Part shown: piece after piece, positions 52,410 to 61,225 of the stretch
How positions within the stretch are numbered: position 1 is the first letter of the stretch
Layout: every line of letters begins with the position of its first letter
DNA from: Flavobacteriales bacterium
GTDB taxonomy: Bacteria > Bacteroidota > Bacteroidia > Flavobacteriales > TMED113
Assembly: GCA_002701365.1 (NCBI GenBank)
Contig: NZUK01000012.1
Coordinates: forward strand, 32,633 to 96,632
Reading direction: 5' to 3'
Length of the DNA: 64,000 bases
Program-made: the position numbers and the translations under genes
Notes under the pieces: generated by a model
The model's input: the letters and a program-made list of their open reading frames with translations, nothing else
The model's database searches: none
Told to the model about the DNA's origin: nothing

Positions 52410-54230
52410 TTAATTAATAATTTTTTTTTCGATACTTCCATCATCAAAAATAAATAACACGACCTGTCCAGAATTTAAATTATTTATTCTTCTACCCATA
52501 AGATCAATAACTTGAATAATTTTTTTATTGAATGTATCATTATCAGTTAAACTTGTATTTATTTCACATGGACCTTGAACCCACTCAAATATATTATTGC
52601 ATTCTGCTTCTCCTGAATTAACATATGTTACATTATTACAGCCACAAACGGGATCCCAAATTGTAGCAAAATTACAATTAGGATCTGGCACTTCAATACA
52701 TTCATAATCTTCACAAACATCAAAACTATATATAAAACTATTAAATCCACCTTCCAATGCAGTCATCGGTCTATACTGCTCTTTCCCATCATTAGAGATA
52801 GCGTGAATATAGTACTCTATTTCTGTTAACTCATCAAATGTCATTGTTAAATTCCACATGTCATCATTTTGTGCCTGCATAGAAACAGATGTATAATCTA
52901 TGTCACCAGAAAATCTATAATTAAACAATACCTCATTAATTCCAGAGCGATGTTTTACTAAAGCCTCTACCTCCACATAAGGAGAATTAGGACATACATC
53001 TTCAATCTTTTTATAAGAAATTAATAATGGATCATTAACTCCTACAGTATGAGTAATACAATGAATGGCTCCACTTAGTGAAATGATATTATTACCGCTG
53101 TTATCACAATCAATGCCTACGATATTATAACCCGGCAATGCCTCTTCATAAATTCTTTGTGCAATTGTATCATATTCTTCACGGTAAAATGGCAAAATAA
53201 CAGTTTTATTTACAAATACTGCATTAGTGTAAGTCCTATAATACCCATCAATTTCATTAAAAGACTGAGAGCCTGGATATGCTCCACTTGTACTGGGTGG
53301 ACTTGGAATTCTAATTACATTAAATGGGGTTCCCCACTTTGTTGTAAAATTATTAAGTATATAATTTAAATTTTCTTCGATTTGAGGTCCATCAGATACT
53401 CCTTCCGGATATTCGGCAATCAATAATGTTTCTTCATCAAGTAGTTTCATATGCATATCAATGTGACTGATCCCATCAAATGGCAGTGTTGGCATTTTTA
53501 TATAGTTCGTAATCCCCATAAAACTATTCATTATGTTATCTATATCATCTTCAGAATGATCAGGATAATTTAAACTATTATATGGGCCATTACCATCATT
53601 CTCATTAATAATTAAATTAGATGAGAATGCCGTACCAAAACCATCGCTCATAAAATTACCCCCTGTAGCCACAAAACGGTAAGGATCAACAGAGTTTTGA
53701 TATAAATCTAAATCTAGATTATCCGCTAATGCTTCTGGGAAAGAATCATCATCTGGTCTCGGCCTATTATAAATCCAATCAACTAAATATAAGGAATCAA
53801 CATCATTCTTATATATCGTATTTTGTCCATAATCTCGCATCCAAATACTATTAGTTTCAATATTTAAGTACTCAACATTAGAAGTTTCCACATTACTATT
53901 CTCTAAATAACTTTCTACTTGAGCAGGACTATCACATGCAATGATAACTTTACATTGATCAACGGCATTTCTAACAATCTCTGTTAAAATAGGCTCAAAG
54001 CCTTCCCAAGCAATAGTTAATGCCTGTATCTCTTCCCACTCTGCCATAGTACGGACATTAAAAGAAGGGGGGTCTGTAATAACACTATTATTTAATTCAA
54101 CATTATATAAATATAAATCCATTTGTTGTTTTTCAGTTTCAAAAAAGCCCTTTGGTAAAATTTTTTCTTGTGCAAAAACACAATAAATGTTCAAAAAAAC
54201 TAACGATAAAATATATACTGCTCTACTCAT
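52410..54230 (-). CDS. Secreted agmatine/peptidylarginine deiminase family protein with Kazal-like domain and short C-terminal motif
   Basis: Signal peptide from ATG 54230; AEWEE, WMRDYG, TGGN, HIDM and catalytic GAIHCIT; Kazal-like DPVCGC..TY.N. Confidence 0.88.
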   Translation of the reverse strand: MSRAVYILSLVFLNIYCVFAQEKILPKGFFETEKQQMDLYLYNVELNNSVITDPPSFNVRTMAEWEEIQALTIAWEGFEPILTEIVRNAVDQCKVIIACDSPAQVESYLENSNVETSNVEYLNIETNSIWMRDYGQNTIYKNDVDSLYLVDWIYNRPRPDDDSFPEALADNLDLDLYQNSVDPYRFVATGGNFMSDGFGTAFSSNLIINENDGNGPYNSLNYPDHSEDDIDNIMNSFMGITNYIKMPTLPFDGISHIDMHMKLLDEETLLIAEYPEGVSDGPQIEENLNYILNNFTTKWGTPFNVIRIPSPPSTSGAYPGSQSFNEIDGYYRTYTNAVFVNKTVILPFYREEYDTIAQRIYEEALPGYNIVGIDCDNSGNNIISLSGAIHCITHTVGVNDPLLISYKKIEDVCPNSPYVEVEALVKHRSGINEVLFNYRFSGDIDYTSVSMQAQNDDMWNLTMTFDELTEIEYYIHAISNDGKEQYRPMTALEGGFNSFIYSFDVCEDYECIEVPDPNCNFATIWDPVCGCNNVTYVNSGEAECNNIFEWVQGPCEINTSLTDNDTFNKKIIQVIDLMGRRINNLNSGQVVLFIFDDGSIEKKIIN

Positions 54231-54285
54231 AATACATTGTTCTAGAATAATCATTCTAAATATAAAAAAGTTTGTCAATTAATAT

Positions 54286-55731
54286 CTATAAAACACATAT
54301 CTTTTCATAAAAAATATTTTGATTAACATGATTATTAATACGCAAATAATATACACCTGATTCAATATGTGATATATCTATAGTGTAAAGACTCTGAGAA
54401 CCAAAACCATTAATTCTATGAAGTATTCTACCTGACATGTCAACAAGTTCAATAAAATAATTTTCTATATTACTAGGGCCAGATATATGTAACTCATCAT
54501 GTGCAGGATTTGGATATAAAGAAAAGCCTGAATTTGGCATATCATGTAAACTAAACATATCTAAACTATCAACAATCAAATCATATGAAATAGTTTCAAT
54601 TATACCATTACAGCCGCTCTCCACCTGTAGAGTTACGACATAAGAACCTGACTCTTGAAATAAATACGTGGGATTAGGATCAGTTGAATCTATAACTCCA
54701 TCACTGTTAAAATCCCATAAATAAACATTATTTAAACTAGAAGATATATTATTAAATGTTACCATAGCTCCTTCACTATTATATTCTGGATCACTCCAGG
54801 TAAAATCAAATAAATTAGAAGTATTAAGATTACTTTTTTTAATAAAAACTCCAGAGTCAAGCCCAGCCCAAGACTCCGAAACCCCATCAATAATAACCAT
54901 TTTAACATGGTAAGTTGCTGATGGGACCATCGTAAAATTAAATAACATCGGAATTGTATATCCATCATAGCCAAGTTCATCACAATTATAACCAGATTGA
55001 TTATCGATGTATAAACATTCATTTATGCCAGGCATACCAAAAACCTGTGAATAAGGCCGTATAGTCCAAGGAGCTATAGGATGTGATTCAATTTCACAAT
55101 AATTTGTTGAATTAATAGATGGTATATTATTAATTATATAACCTGTTTCCATAATATTAACTGGATTAGAATCAAATAATGGATCAATATCTTCACTAAT
55201 TTCACTTACAAAAAAACAAAATGCATCTGTGTAAAATGGGTTCATCCATTCAGTATATTCTTCCGAGCCAAAAACAACTTCAAAATCAATGGAAAAGAAT
55301 GAATCAGAAGATATGTCAAATTCCACTACGCAGGCATCATATAAATTAACACTTGGTGTAATTAAGTTCGCATCAACTAAATAATTGTGTAAAAAATCAT
55401 CTTCGTATTCTTCATTCCATGCTTGCCCAGAATCACTATCATTATTAGGTCCAACAGCATTATTAATATCACCCGTTGTCATAATTAAGCCCCTATCTAA
55501 GCCAAAGCCTATATCACATGTTACATTTTCCATTAAATAACTAAAACCTCCTATTGCCTGAATATTCCCAACATATGATAAATTATTAATATTGACATCA
55601 CATCCAAATACTTCTTCAGAAAGTAATGTCTGTAAATCATTGTCATTATTTGACAAAGAATAAACATCTAATTGAGCTTTTAAATTAGAAGCAAATAAAA
55701 CAAAAAAAATAATAATCTTGACTTTAATCAT
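54286..55731 (-). CDS. Choice-of-anchor L domain protein with PKD domain and canonical T9SS type A CTD
   Basis: GLIMTTG...A.GPN, DAC.VEFD, FGSEEY.E, YDGYT, DSGVF; PKD YLWDF..DG..DST..NP; YPNPA...DMSGR...SGVYYLRI. Confidence 0.8.
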   Translation of the reverse strand: MIKVKIIIFFVLFASNLKAQLDVYSLSNNDNDLQTLLSEEVFGCDVNINNLSYVGNIQAIGGFSYLMENVTCDIGFGLDRGLIMTTGDINNAVGPNNDSDSGQAWNEEYEDDFLHNYLVDANLITPSVNLYDACVVEFDISSDSFFSIDFEVVFGSEEYTEWMNPFYTDAFCFFVSEISEDIDPLFDSNPVNIMETGYIINNIPSINSTNYCEIESHPIAPWTIRPYSQVFGMPGINECLYIDNQSGYNCDELGYDGYTIPMLFNFTMVPSATYHVKMVIIDGVSESWAGLDSGVFIKKSNLNTSNLFDFTWSDPEYNSEGAMVTFNNISSSLNNVYLWDFNSDGVIDSTDPNPTYLFQESGSYVVTLQVESGCNGIIETISYDLIVDSLDMFSLHDMPNSGFSLYPNPAHDELHISGPSNIENYFIELVDMSGRILHRINGFGSQSLYTIDISHIESGVYYLRINNHVNQNIFYEKICVL

Positions 55732-55764
55732 TTATCCTATTAAATCATATTAATTATATAACTA

Positions 55765-55780
55765 GCAAATACTATACCAA
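55765..55780 (-). promoter_or_regulatory. Putative sigma54 (-24/-12) promoter TTGGTATAGTATTTGC
   Basis: GG-N10-GC spacing in TGG...TTGC context, about 34 nt upstream of the first gene of the minus-strand secreted-protein operon. Confidence 0.5.
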
Positions 55781-55861
55781 ATATGTGTTATTTTAGTTTT
55801 TTTTTACAAAAATATAATTATAAAAAACCGTGCGCTCATTATTCATAATAAAATAATTATA

Positions 55862-55869
55862 TATTTTTG
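55862..55869 (+). promoter_or_regulatory. -7 element TAttTTTG just before the WD40 gene
   Basis: TAnnTTTG ends 7 nt before ATG 55877, implying a nearly leaderless mRNA. Confidence 0.45.
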
Positions 55870-55876
55870 ACAAAAT

Positions 55877-57178
55877 ATGAAAAAATCCATTTTATATAGT
55901 CTTCTTTTATTTTGTATTTTGGTTAATGCTCAAAAAATCGAATTAATAGAATCTTTTATTGGTTACACAGAAAAATCTGAAATCATTTCATTCACGCCAA
56001 ACCCTAAATTAATTATGAGCGGAAACTATAATGGTGGGGTTAATTTATGGGACCTAAAAAAACAAAAATTAATTAAAACTATAAATGCTCATAACCAACC
56101 CATTAACAACATATCATTCCACAACAAAAAAGATCAATTTCTAACTTGCTCAAAAGACTCAACAATTAAAATGTGGTCATTTTATTCTAATAGATTAATT
56201 GACTCTGTTAGAATTAATGAAAATCCTACTCTTGCAATTTTTAGCAATAAAGACAATAGCTACTTTATATTTACCGAAAAGGGAACAATACTAAAAAAGA
56301 AAATTAACCATAATGAAACTTCAGTCATTGCTAATCTAAATCAACCAATTAGTGATGCAATACTTGCTGAAGACAATAATAGTTTAATAACCTGCGACAA
56401 AGTTTCAATTAAAAAAATATCACTAAAAGATGGGAGCATTATAAATGAACTTCAAAATCCGTATAGTAGTCACTTTTCTAAAATAGACATATACTCGGGG
56501 GACACATTAATATCTTGGAGTGAAAATGGCATAATTAGTTATTGGGATTTTAATGATAAAAAAGTGCTTACAGAGATAAGAGCCAAAAATGCATATAATA
56601 AATTATTAATGAATAAACATTCTGAAATAATTCTATCTGGATATTATAATGATCGGCCTCTTGTAATCAATTTAAAAGAAATTAAACTAGAACAAAAATA
56701 TAGTGACAATATGATTGTAGTTAATACATTTTTATCTAGCATAGATCAAAGATTTTTAATAAGTGCCGACATACATGAACGACATAGATTAATGAAGGTA
56801 CAAGAAGTAGACTTCACGCCTCTTGTAATCCAAGAAAGAAAACTAGAAGATGAAAAAATATTTACAGTTTCATCAAAGTACATCATGATTAATATATGGG
56901 ATGATGAAAAAATAGATGGAGATACATTGTCAATAAACTTTAATGGGAAGTGGGTCCTTAAAGAACACTGGCTAAGTAAAGAAGAAAAAACTATTTTACT
57001 ACCCCTAAGAATAAATCAAACAAATGAAATTATCTTTCATGCAGAAAATTTAGGAGAAATTCCTCCAAATACCGCAGCAGTTCGATTAGAATACGACAAT
57101 GGAGTTAAAAAAGAATTTAACATGAGATCTGATTTTGACTCAAATGGTATTATTAGAATTATGCAAGAAACTAATTAG
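55877..57178 (+). CDS. Exported WD40-repeat protein with C-terminal domain of unknown function
   Basis: Signal peptide; SG...G.VNLWD, AH.QPI, TCSKDSTIKMW; C-terminal WDDEKIDGD...AENLGEIPPNTA. Confidence 0.75.
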   Translation: MKKSILYSLLLFCILVNAQKIELIESFIGYTEKSEIISFTPNPKLIMSGNYNGGVNLWDLKKQKLIKTINAHNQPINNISFHNKKDQFLTCSKDSTIKMWSFYSNRLIDSVRINENPTLAIFSNKDNSYFIFTEKGTILKKKINHNETSVIANLNQPISDAILAEDNNSLITCDKVSIKKISLKDGSIINELQNPYSSHFSKIDIYSGDTLISWSENGIISYWDFNDKKVLTEIRAKNAYNKLLMNKHSEIILSGYYNDRPLVINLKEIKLEQKYSDNMIVVNTFLSSIDQRFLISADIHERHRLMKVQEVDFTPLVIQERKLEDEKIFTVSSKYIMINIWDDEKIDGDTLSINFNGKWVLKEHWLSKEEKTILLPLRINQTNEIIFHAENLGEIPPNTAAVRLEYDNGVKKEFNMRSDFDSNGIIRIMQETN

Positions 57179-57921
57179 TAAGAAGAGTTATTGATTAAAG
57201 TAATTCTTTGAAACACACCATTTTCAATTCTAATAGAATCAACTAATTCAATATCCTCAATAAAATCAGCAATACCAGGATTGAACAAATCAGCATCTAC
57301 CCCATCTACTCCCATGTAATTAGAAGGATCTGAAACCGCAGTAGCCCTATATAAAGTTGCACTAAAAGTACCTGAAACTGTTCCAGTTGCAAAGTCTAAA
57401 TCTTGAATATCCATTTCTGCATTAAAGCCATAATAATCAATACCCAAACCATTGTTATCATATTCATCTGCATTCTTTTTTAATTTATAAGTAGCTAGCA
57501 TAGCATTAGTGGGATAATTATCAAGATACAGGTACTGACTACCTGCCACATACATATTTTCTTGAATTTCTTCGACAAAAGCAATAATCTGCAATTCATG
57601 ATCCACTTCTTCATTAGTTGTAGTATACCAATCATATTGATTGCAATTATTCTCACTTTTAAAAAAATCTCGAGCATCTAAAGTTAGTTTGAATATTTTA
57701 TTATCAATGGAACCATCAGCAATTTCATCTACATAAAAAACATCACTATTACCACAATTTTCGACTTGATCATCAGAAGTAAAGTCAATTTTTTGATCAT
57801 ATAATTCAGGAGAAAAGTCAATTACAGCAGTTACTCTGTTTTCTAATCCAGAATTAAAAACTGTTTCCTTGCAGGAAAAAAAACACAATAAAACAAAAAA
57901 TAACAAGATTCTTTTAAACAT
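57175..57921 (-). CDS. Hypothetical acidic lipoprotein
   Basis: Lipobox FFSC. The C-terminal GTVSGTFSATLY...IENGVF resembles DUF6252-like lipoproteins. Confidence 0.65.
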   Translation of the reverse strand: MFKRILLFFVLLCFFSCKETVFNSGLENRVTAVIDFSPELYDQKIDFTSDDQVENCGNSDVFYVDEIADGSIDNKIFKLTLDARDFFKSENNCNQYDWYTTTNEEVDHELQIIAFVEEIQENMYVAGSQYLYLDNYPTNAMLATYKLKKNADEYDNNGLGIDYYGFNAEMDIQDLDFATGTVSGTFSATLYRATAVSDPSNYMGVDGVDADLFNPGIADFIEDIELVDSIRIENGVFQRITLINNSSY

Positions 57922-58038
57922 ACTATTTAGGATTTTAATAAATTATACAACAACCTAAAGTTAATTATTATTATTATTATATAATATAAAACTTGATTAA
58001 AATAAAATTATATATAATTTAGATGTATACAATAAATA

Positions 58039-59187
58039 ATGAAAAAAAAAACTGTTGTAATTGCATTGTCAGGAGGTGTAGACTCCAGCGTTTCGGCTCT
58101 TCTTTTAAAAAATGCTGGATATAACCTAATTGCCTTATTCATGCGCAACTGGCATGACAATTCACTTACAATTAATAATGAATGTCCCTGGATTACTGAC
58201 AGCAATGACGCGCTCCAAATTTCTAATCATTTAAATATTCCATTCCAAATAGTTGATCTAAGTAAAGAATATAAAAAGCGAATTATTGACTATATGATTG
58301 CAGAATACAAGCGAGGCGTAACACCAAATCCAGATATATTATGCAATAAAGAAATTAAATTTGATGTTTTCTTAAAATATGCGATGCAATTAAACGCAGA
58401 TTTTATCGCGACAGGACATTATTGTATCAAAGAAAGAAAAAACGGACTATATTATCTAAAACAAGGAAAAGATCAATTAAAGGATCAAAGTTATTTTTTG
58501 TGCCAAATAACACAAAAACAATTAAGTAAAATACTATTCCCAATAGGCCACTTAACCAAAAAAGAAGTTCGACAAATCGCAATTCAAAACAATCTAATCA
58601 CAGCAAATAAAAAAGACTCCCAAGGCTTGTGTTTTGTAGGAAAAATTAAATTACCTGTTTTTCTACAAAATAAAATAACTAGCAAAAAAGGCAACATAAT
58701 TGAAATTGATAAAAAATCTAAAATTTATCAAAAACAAATAGCGCTCGGAGACGAATACACATATACACCTAGTGATGGTGAAAAAATAGGAACACATAAC
58801 GGGGCTCACAATTACACTATTGGACAAAGAAAAGGATTAAGTGTTGGAGGAAAAAAAGAACCATTATTCGTTTTACGAATAGATGTAAAAGACAATGTCG
58901 TATATGTTGGCATGGGCGATAATCATCCTGGATTATTTAGAAAAAATTTGAAAATTGACGCAAAAAAAACAAATTGGCTTATAGATAATTCACAGATCAA
59001 ATCACAATCTTCTAATGAGTACATGGTTCGTATTCGCCATAGACAGCCGCTACAAAAAGCAATATTGAAAATTAAAAAAGAACATCTTTACATAATTTTT
59101 CAAACAAAACAACGAGCAATTGCTAAAGGTCAATTTGCAGCTTGGTATAAAAATGCCATACTCATAGGATCAGGCCCTATTGTTTAA
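58039..59187 (+). CDS. mnmA: tRNA 2-thiouridine(34) synthase
   Basis: SGGVDSSV, TPNPDILCNKEIKF, ATGHY, KDQSYFL, DSQGLCFVG, YTIGQRKGL, GQFAAWY. Confidence 0.97.
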   Translation: MKKKTVVIALSGGVDSSVSALLLKNAGYNLIALFMRNWHDNSLTINNECPWITDSNDALQISNHLNIPFQIVDLSKEYKKRIIDYMIAEYKRGVTPNPDILCNKEIKFDVFLKYAMQLNADFIATGHYCIKERKNGLYYLKQGKDQLKDQSYFLCQITQKQLSKILFPIGHLTKKEVRQIAIQNNLITANKKDSQGLCFVGKIKLPVFLQNKITSKKGNIIEIDKKSKIYQKQIALGDEYTYTPSDGEKIGTHNGAHNYTIGQRKGLSVGGKKEPLFVLRIDVKDNVVYVGMGDNHPGLFRKNLKIDAKKTNWLIDNSQIKSQSSNEYMVRIRHRQPLQKAILKIKKEHLYIIFQTKQRAIAKGQFAAWYKNAILIGSGPIV

Positions 59188-61058
59188 TTAGATAAACCGC
59201 TGAAACAATTATCTATGTACTTTGTCAAGCTCTCTCCTTTAAGTAAGTTTTGAGACAATAAAGCTAAGTCTATTGCCTGTTGCACCAATGAGGTTTGTTT
59301 TTTGCCTTTCATTTTTTGAATTTTGTCAATTAACTTATGATTTGAGTTAATAATCACATTAAATGAATCAGGCATAGCACCCATTCCCATCATACCCCCT
59401 CCTCCTGTCATACTCATTTCCTTCATTCTTCGCATAAACTCAGCCTGAGTAATAGCAATTGCAGGTGAATCAGGGCTCAAAGGCTGTAGAGAAACTACGA
59501 AACCTTCTTTGCCTAAACATTTTTCAAACAAAGATTTAATTTTTTCTTGTTCCTTTTCAGATAACACGGATTCAATTTTTGAATCTTGTTTAATTAAATT
59601 GTCAACTATATCACTATCTACACGTACAAATGAAGCATTATCTAACTTTGACTCTAATTTTTGTATTACATGTGATACAATCGGACTGTCCAACACAAGA
59701 ACCTGATAATTTTTCTCTGTAGCTTTAGAGATATACATATGTTGAGTATCTGGATTATTAGTATATAGATACACAATCTTATTATCTTTGTTTTTTTGAT
59801 GTTCCTTTATCAATTCTGTAAATTCTGACATAGTATAAAACTTATTGCCAACTGTTTTATACAATGCAAAATCTTGTGAACGATCATAAAATTTTTCATC
59901 AGAAAGCATACCATATTCAACAATAATATTCATGTCTGTCCATTTGCTTTCAAAATCTGCACGATCTTTTTTAAACATATCATTTAATCGACCGGAAACC
60001 TTTTTACTTATATGACTAGAAATCTTTTTGACATTTGCATCACTTTGAAGAGCAGATCTAGATACATTTAACGGAATGTCCGGAGAGTCAATTACACCCT
60101 GCAACAAGGCTAAAAAATCTGGAACAACTCCCTCTAAAGAGTCAGTAACAAAAACTTGATTGCAATACAATTGTATTTTTTGTTTATTCAAATCCATAGA
60201 TGGATTGATTTTAGGAAAATACAATATACCTGTTAATTCAAACGGGAAATCAACATTCAAATGTATGTGAAACAATGCTTCTTCAAAATTAAAAGGATAT
60301 AATTCTCTAAAAAAATCCTTGTAATCTTGAGGTTTTAGTTGCTTGGGAGGAATCGTCCATGCAGGTTTCGGATTATTAATGATATTATCCTCTACAAATT
60401 CCACATCTTCATCTTTATCATTTTTTTCTTTTTTAGTTGTCGTACCAAATTTGATTTCAACTGGTAAGAATTTGCAATACTTGTTTAATAAATTTGATAT
60501 TTTAGCATCTTCCAAATACTCATTTGCATCTTCGGAAATAAATAAAACAATTTCTGTACCTCTATCATTTTTGTCAATGTCTTTTAATACATACTCAGGA
60601 CTCCCATCACATTCCCAAGAACATGCTTTAGTATTATTAATATGTGATTTTGTTCGAATTTGAACTCTCTCTGCAACCATAAAAGCTGAATAAAAACCGA
60701 GCCCAAAATGACCAATAATACCCGACTTATCATCTTTGTCATCATATTTTTTTATAAAATCTTCAGCCCCTGAAAAAGCAACTTGATTAATATATTGTTT
60801 TACTTCATCTGAAGTCATTCCTATTCCTTTATCAATAATAGAAATTGTCTTATCTTCTTTATTCAAAACAATTTCGATTTTCAAATCTCCCAAGTCTCCT
60901 TTTACCTCTCCAATAGATGATAGTTTTTTCAGTTTTGTTGTTGCATCAACAGCATTGGAAACCAATTCTCTTAAAAAAATTTCTTGATCAGTATATAGAA
61001 ACTTTTTTATAATTGGAAAAATATTATCAGCTTGAACTTTAATTTTACCTTTAGCCAT
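59184..61058 (-). CDS. htpG: Molecular chaperone HtpG (Hsp90)
   Basis: EIFLRELVSNAVDA, D.GIGMT, IGHFGLGFYSAF, DSPDIPLNVSRS.LQ. Confidence 0.97.
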   Translation of the reverse strand: MAKGKIKVQADNIFPIIKKFLYTDQEIFLRELVSNAVDATTKLKKLSSIGEVKGDLGDLKIEIVLNKEDKTISIIDKGIGMTSDEVKQYINQVAFSGAEDFIKKYDDKDDKSGIIGHFGLGFYSAFMVAERVQIRTKSHINNTKACSWECDGSPEYVLKDIDKNDRGTEIVLFISEDANEYLEDAKISNLLNKYCKFLPVEIKFGTTTKKEKNDKDEDVEFVEDNIINNPKPAWTIPPKQLKPQDYKDFFRELYPFNFEEALFHIHLNVDFPFELTGILYFPKINPSMDLNKQKIQLYCNQVFVTDSLEGVVPDFLALLQGVIDSPDIPLNVSRSALQSDANVKKISSHISKKVSGRLNDMFKKDRADFESKWTDMNIIVEYGMLSDEKFYDRSQDFALYKTVGNKFYTMSEFTELIKEHQKNKDNKIVYLYTNNPDTQHMYISKATEKNYQVLVLDSPIVSHVIQKLESKLDNASFVRVDSDIVDNLIKQDSKIESVLSEKEQEKIKSLFEKCLGKEGFVVSLQPLSPDSPAIAITQAEFMRRMKEMSMTGGGGMMGMGAMPDSFNVIINSNHKLIDKIQKMKGKKQTSLVQQAIDLALLSQNLLKGESLTKYIDNCFSGLSN

Positions 61059-61084
61059 AAATCTTATATTAAAAAATTAATTGG

Positions 61085-61092
61085 CAAATTTA
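61085..61092 (-). promoter_or_regulatory. -7 element TAaaTTTG upstream of htpG
   Basis: Exact TAnnTTTG(C) match about 27 nt upstream of the ATG. Confidence 0.55.
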
Positions 61093-61225
61093 AATAAAAT
61101 TATTAAATAGGAAAAACTATAGTAATAGTCATTAACAAAATGACGCCAAAGCGATGTTTCAAAAGATATCATACAATTATTTGGTAAAAAATTGTAGATT
61201 TGAAATACGAAAAATTTTTATTGTT

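Noticed and set aside
46750-58038. Active integrative element or prophage at tmRNA
   Set aside because: No integrase, phage or conjugation genes, and no att duplication seen. Kept only as a possible variable region.
61128-61147. GTCA...TGAC inverted motif upstream of htpG as a heat-shock operator
   Set aside because: The arms are short and do not match CIRCE; too weak to call without comparative data.
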